A DNA stretch of 64,000 nt from Squalus acanthias (lineage: Eukaryota), in NCBI GenBank assembly GCA_030390025.1, contig CM059438.1:60142001-60206000 (forward strand). Direction: 5' to 3'. This document shows positions 63,001 to 64,000 of this stretch, in pieces (position 1 is the first letter of the stretch; each line of letters opens with the position of its first letter). The translations under genes were made by a program, and so were the position numbers. The notes below the pieces were generated by a model. The model saw only the letters and a program-made list of their open reading frames with translations, was not told where the DNA came from and ran no database searches.

Positions 63001-64000
63001 TGCAGGGTACAGTCAGGAAATCAGTTCAAGGTGATGTCAGTGTAGGGTACAGTCAGGAAATCAGTTCATGGTGATATCAGTGTAGGGTACAGTCAGGAAA
63101 TCTGTTCAAGGTGATGTCAGTGTAGGGTACAGTCAGGAAATCAGTTCAAGGTGATCTCAGTGTAGGGGTACAGTCAGGAAATCAGTTCATGGTGATATCA
63201 GTTTCGGGTACAGTCAGGAAATCTGTTCAAGGTGATGTCAGTGTAGGGTACAGTCAGGAAATCAGTTCATGGTGATATCAGTTTAGGGTACAGTCAGGAA
63301 ATCTGTTCAAGGTGATATCAGTGTAGGGTACAGTCAGGAAACGAGTTCAAGGTGATATCAGTGTAGGGGTACTGTCAGGAAATCAGTTCAGAGTGATATC
63401 AGTGTAGGGGTACAGTCAGGAAATCAGTTCAAGGTGATATAATTGTCGGGGTACTGTCAGGAAATTAGGTCAGGTTGATATCAGTGTGGGGTACAGTCAG
63501 GAAATAAGTTCATCGTGATATCAGAGTAGGGGTACAGTCAGGAAATCAGTTCAAGGTGATGTCACTGTCGGGGTACAGACAGGAAATCAGTTCAAGGTGA
63601 TTTCAGTGTAGGGTACAGTCAGGAAATCCGGTCAAAGTGATATCAGTGTAGGGTACAGTAAGGAAATCAGGTCAAGGTGATATCAGTGTAGATATGGTCT
63701 AGAAATCTGTTCAAGGTGATATCAGTGTAGGGGTACAGTCAGGAAATCAATTCAAGGTGATATCAGTGTAGGGGTACAGTCAGGAAATCAGTTCAAGGTG
63801 ATATCAGTGTAGGGGTACAGTCAGGAAATCAGTTCAAGGTGATATCAGTGTCGGGTACAGTCAGGAAATCAGTTCAAGGTGATATCAGTGTATGTATACA
63901 GTCAGGAAATCTGTTCAAGGTGATATCAGTGTCGGGTACAGTCAGGAAATCAGTTCAGAGTGATATCAGGGTAGGGATACAGTCAGGAAATCAGTTGAAG
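54013..64000 (+). repeat. Satellite B (40/41 bp), copy B block, at least 10 kb, with higher-order repeats; runs off the window
   Basis: Period 41 (63721 vs 63762); recurring variant gaagattcaggaaatcacttcaaggtgatctgagtctatg. Confidence 0.98.

Overview
Repeat-rich vertebrate genomic DNA. A cartilaginous fish is inferred from a SacSINE1/DeuSINE-like SINE and the CR1 3' tails. The window covers about 1.4 units of a tandem duplication with an offset of 45,104 bp at exon 1. Each unit runs: a small minus-strand multi-exon gene, a 5-6 kb upstream mosaic of transposon fragments, a 52-bp satellite block, then a 40/41-bp satellite block. The gene is not visible in the ORF track and was assembled by hand from splice signals. 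It has five short coding exons joined by phase-1 introns (45345-45276, 44841-44788, 43523-43458, 42459-42388, 40794-40726) and a probable 3'UTR exon (37163 to ~36545). It encodes a 107-aa prepropeptide: signal peptide, acidic pro-piece, [22 protein letters not shown], acidic tail. This looks like an amphipathic alpha-helical host-defence peptide precursor (piscidin/chrysophsin-, temporin- or meucin-like). In this copy the exon-5 acceptor reads AA instead of AG and a Penelope element duplicates the exon-5 donor, so the copy may be impaired. Exon 1 and the promoter of a second copy lie at 172-450. The window also holds a 3'-truncated Gypsy element whose primer-binding site is complementary to its own LTR, two copies of a ~740-bp MITE with ATT target duplications, Harbinger-type Myb/SANT remnants, and CR1/L2 fragments.
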